Source: Phoronis australis | Lineage: Eukaryota > Animalia > Phoronida | NCBI GenBank assembly: GCA_002633005.1 | Contig: NMRA01000726.1 | Coordinates: forward strand, 39,873 to 103,872 | Reading direction: 5' to 3' | Length of the DNA: 64,000 nt | Shown: positions 11,201 through 26,200 of the stretch, piece by piece | Layout of the letters: each line of letters begins with the position of its first letter | How positions within the stretch are numbered: the stretch's first letter is position 1 | Position numbers and translations under genes: made by a program | The notes under the pieces: generated by a model | What the model was told of the DNA's origin: nothing | What the model saw: the letters and a program-made list of their open reading frames with translations, nothing else | Databases searched by the model: none

Positions 11201-14200
11201 GCGGCCGTTCTGCAGAAGAGAGCGGAATGATGGAAATGAGACAGGAGGTACCAGGATAATTTTAAGATATTTTACTGGACTGAAATATAATTTCCTCAAT
11301 ACATCATTCGGCCCATATTCTAAAAGGAAGACTGGATTCCCTTCTAGTTACTATAAAGAATTCTACACGAAGATGAAATGTGTAAACAAGTACAAGAAAT
11401 AATTTTGCTAACATTTACACAGCCATGACAAACACACAATAACAACAAAGTGGACATTTTTAACATTGTGAGATAAATATTTTATAACAACACTTTTTCC
11501 ACAAAAAACTCACAATAAAAGTCGCGTACATTCGAAAAACATCTTACCATGTGACATCCATTAAATCCAAACGCAGTAACATTTTAGTCAATGCACATGG
11601 CTTGATCACTTACCGAACCCGGCACCCCACAGTTCTCTGAGAGGTCTTCAGGTCTTTGTATCGACATGAGGGCCAGGCACACGTGCTGTGTCAGCCCACA
11701 CACACGCAGGGCTTCAGCAGCCTCAGGACTCCTGGACATAGTGATGAAGAGAAGAAACATAGACTGTACATAGTGTACACCCTTCCTGGCCTGAAAGGAC
11801 GAGAGACTCTAGTTAGACCTGTGTATAAACAACAGCGACAAACAGAGAGACTGGACATAGTGTACACCCTTCCTAGCCTGAATTGACCAGAGTGATTAGT
11901 CGGATACCAGTGGCAAGACAAAACAAGTTGAACTTGGAAAAGCTATGGGTGAAAACTGAAATTTGATGTATTCAACAAAAACGAAAACAAAAGGTCAGGA
12001 AAGTCAATTCATGATTGCTACCATAGAATGCATTGTCATCAAGCAAGTGATGAAATTATGAGCAACGTTTAGCAACGCAGTTAGCTTTTGAAATAAGGAA
12101 AGAATGACAATTTCAACAATTAATTCGCAGAAAGTGGCAAAAAGGTTGCAAAACAAAATTCTTTGGACTCCACCGAAGTTGGGAGATTATTCCAGGACCC
12201 CAGAAATGACATTCACTATAAGCTGCACTTTGCCCTGTTCAGACCTTTGACTCTCACAAAATCAGCCTGATGCTCCTTATCGTTATTTTACTTCCGTTAC
12301 CAACAAAAACATTGAAACCACAAGCGACTTAAGAAAATGCTTCAGAGTTCATTGCGATTGGTCAACACTTAAAACTGCAATTTTGACAACGGCGCATGTA
12401 AACCAGACTGTTTGTGACTCGAGTAAGCAGTGGAAATTCTATCAGCCAGAGAAATACTACGAGACTAATTTCATGAGACCAGTCTAATTCGATTTTCCTT
12501 TTTAGGTAGCTAAATATGGGGAAAAGCAGTTTTAATTGTTTCAAAATTAAACCAATCAAAATTGTTCATAACTATAAACAAAAGCACAGACGATTAAAAA
12601 AAAACAAAACTTAATATTACTTTCTATTCACTTCATCTGTACACACCATAGATTATAGACAACAGATTCACAACTCTGACAGTTTCTTGCGTACTATCCT
12701 AAATTATCAGTTTCAATTTCCCGTTAGTGTATTGTGATGACACAACAGCCGACCATGATTAGCAGACGATGAAATAAAACTAGATAATTTGGCCAGGTGT
12801 CGCTAGTAAATAATGACATCATTGCTTCTGTAAGAGCGCAGATTTCGTCCATTGAAAGTATACCGGGTTGGCAGTCCAAGTACTATAGTCTATGGTACAG
12901 ACTCACTTCTATCCAAAGCTCAACAGACGACAGCAACGTCTGCAGCACTGAGTGTTGCTGGACAACAGGTAGCCATAGCAACGGGCTGTCAATGGCAACA
13001 ATAAGCTCCTCCACCAGACTTGTGCAGGCCACCTGCAGCTGGAAGAAAACACAGCAGCGCTGATCATAAAGAGGACAGATTATGTGGTGTCAGATGTTCC
13101 GGGCTCACTTATTCCATGTGGGGTAATAAAACAACTATCTTCTCATTCAGGGCCAAAAACCCTTTGTTAAGGGGTGTTTAGTTATATAGTCCAACTGGGA
13201 AAGTTGTATGACTAAGAGCAGAGTTAACAAATTATTGCTTTCACCCACAATTTGCAACTATCTACAAAATTCTAAGTCACTATGCAGACCACTTGACCCA
13301 TCCAAGCCAAAATGAGATACAGCTGAATACCATAAACGTTCGGGTTAACACCCATGCTCAGTTAACCGCCCACCCCTGGATTTTCGATTTAACTGCCCAC
13401 TGCTCGGTTAACCGCCCATCTGCGATTTTTGAAGATTTCCAGTTAAACGCCCACCTCTCGGTTAAGCGCCCTTCCCCGACTTTTAAAGATTGAAGATTTA
13501 GCTCCCACTGCTATGCAAACGTGCATTTTAGATAGATGACCACAACTAGAGTGCAATGACGGCAATGTGAATTATAATACAAGTAATGAATTCTTGTCTC
13601 GGGTCATGGATTTACTTCAATTAAATATAATACTTTAACATTTTGTCACTTTATTTTCTTCCCATGTTCAAAAAGTTTAAGAACCCCGCCGCCTTCAATG
13701 CCTCCGCTTTTAGCGACGCGGTCTGCCGCGCTGAGTTTCTGTCTGCAGTGCACTACATAGCACATATATTCAAAAAAAAATCGGGCCAGAGAAATGTGAC
13801 AGTGGTTTTGCCAACCCTTCCAATTCGCTTTTGGTAGGAAGCTCTTGTATTTTGAAGAACTTCCATAACTCACGGAAAGATGTCAAATTCTCCCTATTTT
13901 GATGAGTGTAATTGCCAGGTTATCAAGGAGGTGTAGTGACCTAACGGACAGTCTACCTCACTGGCCGATTTGCTGTCTCTCGATTTATGAATTCAAAGGT
14001 TGGCAATACGTTACTGGATGTTTGTGTATCATCTTGAAGAAATAAAAAACTGCCAGTCACATTTTGTTTTTCGCTTATTGCATCTCAGACAAGTTGGCGT
14101 AAGCAGATTCCACCAAAGTCGCTGGCGGTTCTTTATAGTACGATTTCTTGGAACAGGCTTAACTGTGAATTATCGTATCCACCTAGCCTTTTAGCTTCCC

Positions 14201-17200
14201 GAATATTTTTGTTTCTACATTGGGCAGTTTCAGCCTGAACAAAATTCTTACCATTCGAGTGTCATTAGAGATATTTCACAACCATGCCCATTTAGAGCTC
14301 TAAGAGAATCAAGAATGCAGTGGTGAAGGTGAAAATTCACAAAAACAAATTTATTGGAATGAGATTATAATCTACCTTTAACTTAACATTGGTCTGTGAC
14401 AAGCTGGTTTCCTCACGGTCACCGGCGCCCTCTCTAGGCAAAGCAAGCTGCCGAGTACTCTGCTGTAAAACTGAGCACGCAATCGGAAAAATACGAGTCA
14501 TGAGGTCTCCACCCAAACCTGAGGATAAAAGTAGGAATGAGACTATGTACAACGACAGGTTGTCGCTTTAATTATATCTTGACAAAATAATTGACCATAA
14601 TTTCAGTTCCATTTTACCATAAATATCCACTTGATGAACTTAGATCACAAATTACATGTAATATAAGGAGCATAAATTGGTCATTCAATGCTACGAATGA
14701 AACATGAGTGACATCATTGGTTCATGTTGGAATCAACCTTCCAGCCTGACTGAAGATGGACAAAGCCAGAAGCATACTATATCGTAAACTCAACACTAAA
14801 ATAAACTTCCAACCAATAGCTACCAGTCACAGTCAAGCTCTACATTTGGCTGTAAAAATTCAGAATTAGTTGAACGCTTCTATCACCAAATCGCTCCGCG
14901 TGAAAAGAGAGCGTCGCTTCCCTCTCACTCACCCTGAACCTTTTCTTTTTGCACGTGCTGCACTGAGATCGTGAGCGCTCCCAGCATGCCGATCTGTACA
15001 GAGGGGATCAGTGTCTCGCTGTTGGAGCACGTCAGCCTGAGAATGTTGGCCAGCTGATTCAGACGCTCCGACCAGGAAGTCACGTGACTACAATGACAAG
15101 AACAGCAGACGTTAACAAAAGTTGGTCAGAAAAAACTTGTTGCGAGTTTAAAATGAAACGTAAATTTATGAATAATTACAAGAAAATTTGATGTTCACAA
15201 TACGCAAAGTCAAAAGATGTTAAAAGACAATAATGTTGTAAAAACAACTTTTACACATTCTAAGATTTATCCCCACAAAATAATAACAAAAGACCGCATT
15301 GACAACAGAAATTGACATCAATTCTTAATTGAACTCCACACAAAAAGTTATATCAATTCTTAAGGACATAACCTCAAGAGAAGAAACGTCACGTTAGATT
15401 CTTAAAATTTTTAATTTAAATTTTCAACTTACCTTTTCCAGTATTTGAGTAGTGTGAAGTAGAATTCGCTGGCTATGGCCGACAGTTTGACTTGTAACAT
15501 GTTGGTGCTTGACTGGAACTAAAAATGACAATAATGCTTGAGGTACGATGAACTAGTATAAAATCTTGACAGTTACCGCCACCTATTGGTGAAACTGGTC
15601 ATGGTGGGTATTTTGATCTGCAGCATATACTGATATAACAGAGGATAATGTCGGGTGAGATCCATATTTTTAAAAGAGTATTTTATACAACGTTTTACAC
15701 AAAACCAGACAAGAAGTCTCCAACAGAAGAGCACAGCTTTGCTGGTAGCAGACTAGAGAAACAAGCAAGATTAATTTTATGTGAAAAAGTTTGTGCAGAG
15801 GGTGATTTTGGAATCACCATGAGATTCACAATTTTTAATTCACAATTTTTAATCAAAAAGTTACAAACATCCAAACAATATATCAAAGTTAAAAGTTAAG
15901 ATGTCAAGGCTGCTGAAATGAAATAATAAACTACGTGTAAAAACCACGATTATCCAAATCCAACTTCAGTTTGCACCTGTTCCAATTCCAACAGTCAGCA
16001 TTACTTAATACCTGGGCTTGTATCCCGTCCAATAGGTCCCCCATTATCTGCTCTTTGACCTTTGCACTCAGGCTGAAGAGGTCATTCGGGTGCGTCGCCA
16101 AGGAGATAATCAGTTGCTTCCAGCCAATCAACAGATGTAATACAGAGTTCTCCAACACAAACTCGTCCTGTTGGACCTCGACTGCCCCCTCATGCTCCAC
16201 GATTTGACGAATGAACTGTAACGTGTTACAAGGGTCTTATATCAGAGTAAAATCTCATGAGAACCAATCGCTCAAGATTACCACCAAATTCCATGTACAC
16301 AAAATGCTCCCACCGGTTCAACATCTAACCACGAAATGTTTAACATGAAACACGATGTTTAGCCGCAAGTCTTGATTACAGCCATAAGGCAAACAAAAGT
16401 TAACTCAAACAAGCACCGGTATGAAGACGAACACTACAATCTTAAACTAGTCATCAATCTGATATTAACAAAGGCAGCAGTGTTATGATCAAAATGGCTG
16501 CCTTTTCACAGGATGTGTCAATGAGTGTTTACGTCACCATGACAACAGCCTACCTTGGACAAGGCTTCTATTCTTTGTTTACTAATCAACATTTTGACAG
16601 CAGTCTTGAAACTCTTGTCCAATTTGTTAGCAGGGACGCGGAGTATCTCGAGGGCGAGGATTTTGAACACATGAGCACGCGCTCTGATCTCGTACGATAG
16701 CGATGACTGTAAGAAAAACAATGATGTGAAATTTGTGTTGAGGAAATTTGTTCTTACCAAGCACAAATTTCTTCACGTTGACTCAAAGTTTTCTAGACTT
16801 ATTAATGACTGAAGTGAGGAGAAGAATATGATAAATTAGAAGACCTGAAAAAAAGCTTGGACTATTTTACAGTAAAATTTCACAATTTAAGAGGCAATAT
16901 GGTGAATAGGTAAAATGGTATTTTCTCATTTTCTGATAAATGAGAAACAGCACCAGAATGAAGTGTCACAATGGATACCCATACATAATATTTTGCAAAA
17001 CTGTGAGCACACAATATTAGAAGACCTTAACAAAGAAAAAAGTACAATTCTGGCAAGTATTTTTGTCCAAAATCGACAGATTTTACCATAGTTTAGTAGA
17101 ATAGAACAGAATTTCCATGACATGAGTTAAAAACCTGGACGTGACTACAGTTTGCACAAAATAAAGATTTTACAAGTCGAAGCTGTACTTCATTGCCTTT

Positions 17201-20200
17201 TAAAGCTTAAAAGAAAAGTTGCTTATTTTAAAATAATGTATTTTTTATGCCACGATATCACCAATTTCAGGAAATGAGATCACTTTGAGAGTGAAATGGT
17301 CAATTTCGAGAAAAGTGTTGTTATAATCTTCCGAAGCGTCTTTAACTCGCAAATGACAATGGAAATGAAGCCGTATCATGGCAACAGAAACTTTTCAGGA
17401 GTACGTGAGTGGCCTAGTTTATATTTCGCTTCTTCAAAACAAAAGGAAAAGTGGACGTGCCGAATGAACAAATTTATTTCTAATGTGAATCTAACCTGGT
17501 CTTTCTCGTCGTACGTTGCAGGTAAATCTCTGTTCAGACACGCCATGACACATTTCCAGAAAGTGTCTCTGGAAAGAACAAAATTGAAAGAAATGTTGAA
17601 AACTGATTATTGAATGGAGGGTCAAAGCTGGACTACCGAAAACAGATTTACAGTATAACACGACTATCAAAACTAGAACTATTTCATTCTTCTTCGTTCT
17701 TCAATGAATACCACACGGGCAGGACCAGAGAGCTGAAAATAGTTCCACTTTTTCAAAAATGTGACCGGGTTATTTATTGACATAGTAAGTGGATACAAAT
17801 ACGGTCCTTTATAAATTGTGCACGCACCCAGCCTGTCATATGAGGGGGCTCGAATTTCTGACGATGTGAACCTTTTGCTGACAAAAAAGCGACAGGAATA
17901 AAAAAAACGGGGTACCACCTTCAGAACTTTGAACTGTGTGTCTACGCCTTTTTGGTGGACTTTGTCTCGTTTTCTGGGCCTTTTTGTTTCTGTGGCGGAC
18001 CTTTTTGCCCATTCGCCAAATGGAGGGGCTCGTTCAAGCCCCCTGAGCACCCCTCTGGGTGCGCGCATGTAAATATCTACTAGTAAAACAACCAAAGCAC
18101 AGGGTTGTTAACATCTGACCAATTACTAGAAACCAGTAAACGTTCAAGACTACTTCAAAATATCTATCATAATTTAAGTTTTATTTTAAAGATGACCCAA
18201 GTAGGCAATTATCAATATTGAAGCTACTTACTTCTCACGTAGAACTGCCATGGCAGTTTCTCTGTGTCCTCTCCAGAGGGCGTGGACAAACTCCAGTGCA
18301 GAGTTGAGCAGCGAGGGCGGACAAAGATGGCCACCCTGCTTGCTCTCGGCGATCAGATCGAGAGTTGACTGGAGGCAGCTGATTTGACCAATGGACAAGT
18401 TCTATGGGAATGAAAGGAAGCAGTGCATTGTGGGCATTTGCTGGTAACTGGTGGCAACCACGGGAAATTGGCCAGTATCAGTAGATCAGTAGCGGCAAAA
18501 TTTTCCACTCAGAAAAAATTCCCCTCTCACAAGACTCCGTCACCTTACCGTCTGGTGAGTGAAGCCTTGAACTGGCAGACCTTACCAACCCAATTAATGA
18601 CCTTTTATCCAACTGAGGATCAATTCGAGACCATTTTTAAAACGGCAAGTGGTCTAAACCGGAAGTTATTTTTTGACAAAAGTTGGAGGTAAAAGCACAA
18701 TTAAGAAGTAATAGCTTTGATTTGAAAAATAATGCCAAAAAACCAAATAATTTAATCATGTTACAACAAGATGAACACAAAAATTTCTTGCAATCCATAT
18801 TTTATCACAAACCTTGTTCTTGTCGTCTGCTTGCACTACATTGAGGAAGACCTCAATAAGACCAGGCTGTGTATCCACGGTAACCGCCAGGAACTCCAGT
18901 ATCACGACTTTCAATCGGATATCCTATAAAAAGACATTTCACAAAAAATGAATCTTTGTCCTTTTTGCTGGTAAACTACTAAAACTACAGTCATTGATTT
19001 GAATATCAGAAACACAAGAGGTGAAATGCTTTCTTTCTGAAACTACTTTTGCCAGAAATGCACTTAAGACCATTTGATGCAAGGGACCAAATAACCAGAC
19101 TTGGAGACTCACCTCAGAGTAAGCCTGCAGCCTCGCTAGATAGGTGTCCCTCACCGCCTGTGCCTCATTACCAAGGCAGGCCAGGATTGACATGGGAGAG
19201 ATCTGAAACAGAAACACGCTGAAAATGACACTTTAATCACTCTACGAGCTATCTACGCAGCCAAGTAAAGTCCCGTCTCCAAATCTCTACTGTGTGTAGA
19301 TTTTTGGCTCAAAACCTTGTTGAAACGTCAGGGTACAGATTTGAAAGAGTTGCATCCAACAAATGGATGCACAATCATGGCTTTAAAGTTGTTTTGTAGT
19401 TTTAGTTTGGACAAAACAGTCCTCATTCACAATACATCAACATGAAACTGACATAATAAGTTTATCATAGGGTAGTTTGAAAATTTGGAAATTATCAAAC
19501 ACTATTCAAAAAAATGAGTTTTCATTTTTCATTCGTTTCTTTACTTTTTTGTTATTCCACAACTTTTTAAATAAATCACAGAAGCAAACGCATGAAGTCA
19601 GGTCATGTCTTACCAAAGAAGCTATTTTTACTTAATACGTGAAATTTTGTTAAGTTTTACCTTTTGCTTTTTCTATGAGCTTTCTATCCGTACAACCTAT
19701 TTTGGCCATTTTTCAGATGTTTTAAGTTCATCAGCACACGCAGGAACCACCTTAATCAATACTTGTGAAATCTTTTCCATTTGGGATAACTTTTTCGCCA
19801 ACAAAAGCAAATATAAGCTTTAATTGTACAATTAACTTTCAAGAAATTTATAACAATCTCTTCTCATTGCAAATTGAAGAAGTTTCAGATCATAAATTTG
19901 AGGAATTTTTGATCAAACTTCCCCCAGAATTTCTGTCACACGGTTAGTAGCCAGATGTAGCTTGTCACTTACTTCAATAGATCAGAAATAGTCCACTGCC
20001 ATACATAATTCAACAGGTGAAAACGATATTTACCATTGAGAGCCTCTTGAGTAGCAAAGTAGCTAGAGTGGGTAGACGAGGGTCATGTCTGTGGTAGATG
20101 TATTGCGCAATGGTGGCCACCACGTGTCGGTGCGCGTGATTGGCTGGCTGAGCTGAGAGAGCACTCTCTACCGGAGACACGGGTTGGTCTGGCGGGCGGA

Positions 20201-23200
20201 GCAACAGCAGACGGTTGAGTACGGAGAAGGCCAGACGGATGAGATGAATTAGGTCAACCCCCAGACCCTCCTCAGCACTGGCAAACAAAACGTTTTTTAA
20301 ATGATGGTATGTTACATGGTATGTTTCTCAAAACACTTTGCCAGGGTAGCTCCGAATCGATTAAACCTGCTGTGAAGCCACATCCTCACAAAACATTAAC
20401 TTTTGATTTGTAAAACTGGTCCAAGAATCTTTATCATCCATGCACAATTTGTGGCATTTAGTACAAGTCAGCAGACAAGATTACATTAAAAACACCACAC
20501 GCGTGAAACTAGAGGAGGTCTGAGTATTACTTCAAATATGTCCAGTTATCTCCCCTTCCTCCCAAAAGTTCAATTACCTCCCCTGCTGCACAAATGCATG
20601 CTCTACCACCTCCGCGCCCATTCCAACAATGTCCAACAGGGTGCGCCCCGCCTCAGTGTAGAGCAGCACGTAGACAGTGGCTTGGCGCAGTGTTACTTTG
20701 TGTTGGCCACCAGAGGGCTCTTTCGCATCCTTCAAGTTGGCATCGTGTGAGATGTCGAGAACTTTATGGAAGATTTCCAGACATTTCTGGCCTGCAATAC
20801 ATAATCAACTTCAAGATGGTTGTCTAGGGAATCAAATGGGAGCCAACAATGGGCTCCAGCTTTGTTTCAGCTTGAAAATTACTGCTAACTGTTACAACAC
20901 TTCACAAAATCTTCCAAACCAAATGGTCTAATATCCTAGGACGGTCTTCCAGACACCCCTTCAGGACATTTCCATTGTTTTTATTGAAGACAGCTTTTAA
21001 GTTCCCTGAAAGTTCTCACTATATTTAGCAAATAAGCTGTTAGTAATAGTAAGAGCAGTTACTTTACGCATTATATTTTTGATGTTGTAGCTTTATGATT
21101 CTTCTTTTAAACCTCATGCACTACCTAATCGCTCCCTCTGTCGGACGTCGGTATAGCGCCACTTCCTAAACATTGGGAATATCTCACGTAGAACAAACAG
21201 AGTACAAGCCATGAGTTCGTAGCTCTTGTTGACTTTGGTGAACGGCTGAAAATAGTATGACATCTCTGAAGTATCTGTCAGTAACATACTTTAGTCACTG
21301 AAAGTGAAATTAGGAACGTTTTTTAATGGGCAATCTTTCGCAAGTTGAAAGAAACATGGAGCAAGTTTGAGACTGTTCCCATGACAAAAATGGCACCAAT
21401 AATTTCCACCTATGTAAAACTGTGCTAACCCGTACCTCAAAACTTGAAGTATTGAACAGGAAGAAAGTAAAATCGAAAGAAATGAAGGCTTGGTATTGAA
21501 TACATGTGTTCACCAAAGAAATACTCAAATCTAGTTGTGAATCCCGGATGTGCTATCAACAGACAGTAATGAGGTTATCTCAGTGTAAATGTAAAGACAC
21601 TGTCGTCGCTGTTGAAAAGAAGGAGTTGAGTAAAGCCCATTGGTATCACTGGTGTCTCACACAAGAACACTTGATGGCTGTCAGCCTTATCATCCAACAT
21701 CAAATTCTTGATTGTATTCGCAATGACTCGACAAAAATAAATCATTTGTTATAAAATCTGAATAGAAGATTCTCCGTATACCTGCAGCAGTCCACTGATG
21801 GCATCCAGGAAGGACTCCGTGACTCCATAGGTGGCGCTTGTGCATTCATATCCAGCCAGAATTAGGCCAAAGTTGCCAGCATGCAAACTGCTACCACTGG
21901 AAGAACAGAAATTTCATTGTTGACAAATTACCAACGGATAACTTTAATCAAAAGTATTTACCAAATTTACTAACGTCCATAATGTATTCTCTGAATACAC
22001 GCCTAACCATATTCCCCAGTATGCAACGCTAGCGACATCTGTTGCAATCTATGGAGAGGACAGTAAGGTTAATCCTTATCCTGCTAAGCCTCTATTCAGA
22101 CTTCTTTCCCTGTGTGCTGAGTTAAGTAGGTCACCACTACTGCTGCACACTGGGCTGTTACGAAGGTCACCCAGACTAATGACCTAACAATTTAAATTGG
22201 AAATTTGAAGGGGAAATGTCAATTTCACAGATAAGAAGTCAACATAAAAGTTGTCCAGAATTTAATGGAGATTTTCACCATATGTAAATCTTCATCATAG
22301 CCTTAGTGAAAATAAACTGATCCAACCGTCTTTGTTTGAAACGGGCCAAAACCAATCATTAACATTCTCGAAATAATTCATGTACACACGCATCTGTTGA
22401 AGTTCCGGGGTGCACTCATTACATTAAGAGGTCAAACGTCACAAAGGTAAAACTAGAACAAACTAAGTTGATGCAGGTGAATTTCCGTTGAAACAACCAA
22501 TGAACTATTATGGTTTTATTGCGGGTACTTAGAAATTCTGACACACAGTATTTATTTAAAGAATAAAAGCAAAGGGTTCCACCCACAAAACTATTAAACA
22601 ATAGTTTTTAAAAGACACCATTGTATGGTCTGAACATTTAGCTAAATATCTACAATTTTAACTCACCAAAAGCATACATTTTTTGAAAGTAAAATTTCTC
22701 AAGATTTTTAGATTTTTGACATTAAATACCAATCTGCCACTAATTAGGTCACGTAAACTTGATTTTTAAGGAAAACTTACCAAAAAAGATCAACAACATG
22801 ACCTAACATCGTGAGATATAAATGTTCAAGATGTAATCTCAAAAAAGTGGTTAAAGTTTTCGAAACTATTGTTTCATTTTCGTTTTATGCAACTTCAAAA
22901 AGATTTCGTGAAAACAAAATAAGTTTTTATAGCCTGGCGTGCAAAAGTGGAACACATTTTATAAACAATTCCTTACAGCAGTTTGTAGAACAGTGCATAA
23001 AGTGTAACAGTTGTATCTGAATGTCTCATGTGAATAGCACTTGACATTTCGATTGCCAAAGTTGGCCAAAATCTGACATTTTTCTAGGGTCCTACATAAC
23101 CTTAAAAAATCACGTATCAATACAAAATGGCAGAATTTTCACGATATTTGTAGCTTTTGCATCAAGAAATTGATGTTTAACTGACATGCACTTCATGGAA

Positions 23201-26200
23201 CCTTTGATCATATCACAGACCTCCAGAGGTCACTGCTGACCAACAATGCAATACCTGGCGGCCTCAATGAGATTGTCTAAATTTTCAGTTATGTATGGCA
23301 GAAGTCCAGTCTGTCTCATCAAGTGCCACATGTTGGCGCTGTGCTGTGACTTGATCAAACAGCCAATCACATCCAGGCAGGCAGACAACAGCTCCAATGG
23401 TGGGGAGGACACGACGGAAAATCTGGCGAGAATAAGACCTAGTTAGCTTACACAGCTTGCTTAATGAGTTTATGAAATGCATGTGGCTCCTCCCTGTAGA
23501 TGTCAGCACAAGCCCCNTGTAAAACTGGTCCAAGAATCTTTATCATCCATGCACAATTTGTGGCATTTAGTACAAGTCAGCAGACAAGATTACATTAAAA
23601 ACACCACACGCGTGAAACTAGAGGAGGTCTGAGTATTACTTCAAATATGTCCGATTATCTCCCCTTCCTCCCAAAAGTTCAATTACCTCCCCTGCTGCAC
23701 AAATGCATGCTCTACCACCTCCGCGCCCATTCCAACAATGTCCAACAGGGTGCGCCCCGCCTCAGTGTAGAGCAGCACGTAGACAGTGGCTTGGCGCAGT
23801 GTTACTTTGTGTTGGCCACCAGAGGGCTCTTTCGCATCCTTCAGGTTGGCATCGTGTGAGATGTCGAGAACTTTATGGAAGATTTCCAGACATTTCTGGC
23901 CTGCAATACATAATCAACTTCAAGATGGTTGTCTACTAGGGAATCAAATGGGAGCCGACAATGGGCTCCAGCTTTGTTTCACCTTGAAAATTACTGCTAA
24001 CTGTTACAACACTTCACAAAATCTTCCAAACCAAATGGTCTAATATCCTAGGACGGTCTTCCAGACACCCCTTCAGGACATTTCCATTGTTTTTATTGAA
24101 GACAGCTTTTAAGTTCCCTGAAAGTTCTCACTATATTTAGCAAATAAGCTGTTAGTAATAGTAAGAGCAGTTACTTTACGCATTATATTTTTGATGTTGT
24201 AGCTTTATGATTCTTCTTTTAAACCTCATGCACTACCTAATCGCTCCCTCTGTCGGACGTCGGTATAGCGCCACTTCCTAAACATTGGGAATATCTCACG
24301 TAGAACAAACAGAGTACAAGCCATGAGTTCGTAGCTCTTGTTGACTTTGGTGAACGGCTGAAAATAGTATGACATCTCTGAAGTATCTGTCACTAACATA
24401 CTTTAGTCACTGAAAGTGAAATTAGGAACGTTTTTTAATGGGCAATCTTTCGCAAGTTGAAAGAAATGTGGAGCAAGTTTGAGACTGTTCCCATGGCAAA
24501 AATGGCACCAATAACTTCCACCTATGTAAAACTGTGCTAACCCGTACCTCAAAACTTGAAGTATTGAACAAGAAAAAAGTAAAATCGAAAGAAATGAAAG
24601 CTTGGTATTGAATACATGTGTTCACCAAAGAAATACTCAAATCTAGTTGTGAATCCCGGATATGCTATCAACAGACAGTAACGAGGTTATCTCAGTGTAA
24701 ATGTAAAGACACTGTCGTCGCTGTTGAAAAGAAGGAGTTGAGTAAAGCCCATGGGTACCACTGGTGTCTCACATAAGAACACTTGATGGCTGTCAGCCTT
24801 ATCATCCAACATCAAATTTTTGATTGTATTCGCAATGACTCGACAAAAATAAATCATTTGTTATAAAATCTGAATAGAAGATTCTCCGTATACCTGCAGC
24901 AGTCCACTGATAGCGTCCAGGAAGGACTCCGTGACTCCATAGGTGGCGCTTGTGCATTCATATCCAGCCAGAATAAGGCCAAAGTTGCCAGCATGCAAAC
25001 TGCTACCACTGGAAGAACAGAAATTTCATTGTTGACAAATTACCAACGGATAACTTTAATCAAAAGTATTTACCAAATTTACTAACGTCCATAATGTATT
25101 CTCTGAATACACGCCTAACCAGTTTTCGAAACTATTGTTTCATTTTCGTTTTATGCAACTTCAAAAAGATTTCGTGAAAACAAAATAAGTTTTTATAGCC
25201 TGGCATGCAAAAGTGGAACATTTTATAAACAATTCCTTACAGCAGTTTGTAGAACAGTGCATAAAGTGTAACAGTTGTATCTGAATGTCTCATGTGAATA
25301 GCACTTGACATTTCGATTGCCAAAGTTGGCCAAAATCTGACATTTTTCTAGGGTCCTACATAACCTTAAAAAATCACGTATTAATACAAAATGGCAGAAT
25401 TTTCTTCTTTTCACGATATTTGTAGCTTTTGCATCAAGAAATTGATGTATAACTGACATGCACTTCATGGAACCTTTGATCATATCACAGACCTCCAGAG
25501 GTCACTGCTGACCAACAATGCAATACCTGGCGGCCTCGGTGAGATTGTCTAAATTTTCAGTTATGTATGGCAGAAGTCCAGTCTGTCTCATCAAGTGCCA
25601 CATGTTGGCGCTGTGCTGTGACTTGATCAAACAGCCAATCACATCCAGGCAGGCAGACAACAGCTCCAATGGTGGGGAGGACACGACGGAGAATCTGGCG
25701 AGAATAAGACCTAGTTAGCTTACACAGCTTGCTTAATGAGTTTATGAAATGTATGTGGCTCCTCCCTGTAGATGTCAGCACAAGCCCCAGTTCATTTCTA
25801 TATTGAGTAAGCCGTAAATATATATGCCAGTCGTTACGAAGAAGCTAGCAGGTTCCAGTCATGGAAAGCGGCGATATTAAACCTGTTAAAATGTTTCGTT
25901 TTGGAGCACTGACAAAAAGCAATAAACAAAACGATGAATTTTGTTTTTTAACATCGTCATTTCATTTATGCTAGCAGCAGATATGAACAGTTTCTAACTA
26001 GAGCATACATTTTGCACACACACAAATTATACCACACCTCATTTTTAAATCAAACTTATTTGAAATCTTAATACACTCACCTCTGAACCAAACTGAATAT
26101 CTTTTCCATCATAGGCATGTGAAATTCTATCAGTCTGGTGTCCTCACGCAATACCCGACTTAGCAGGCGAACTATGGCCACCACTCTCAGCATTGTTTCC

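Larger units (their letters stand above)
20409..25788. repeat. Tandem segmental duplication (20409-23516 / 23518-25788) of NUP188 exons 16-19; probable haplotype-overlap artefact
   Basis: Near-identical copies joined at a single N (23517); copy B lacks ~22010-22855. Confidence 0.9.

Noticed and set aside
20538-24043. Plus-strand duplicated ORFs (..YLPFLPKVQLPP.., MAWRSV..)
   Set aside because: Antisense shadows of NUP188 exon 19 in the two duplicate copies
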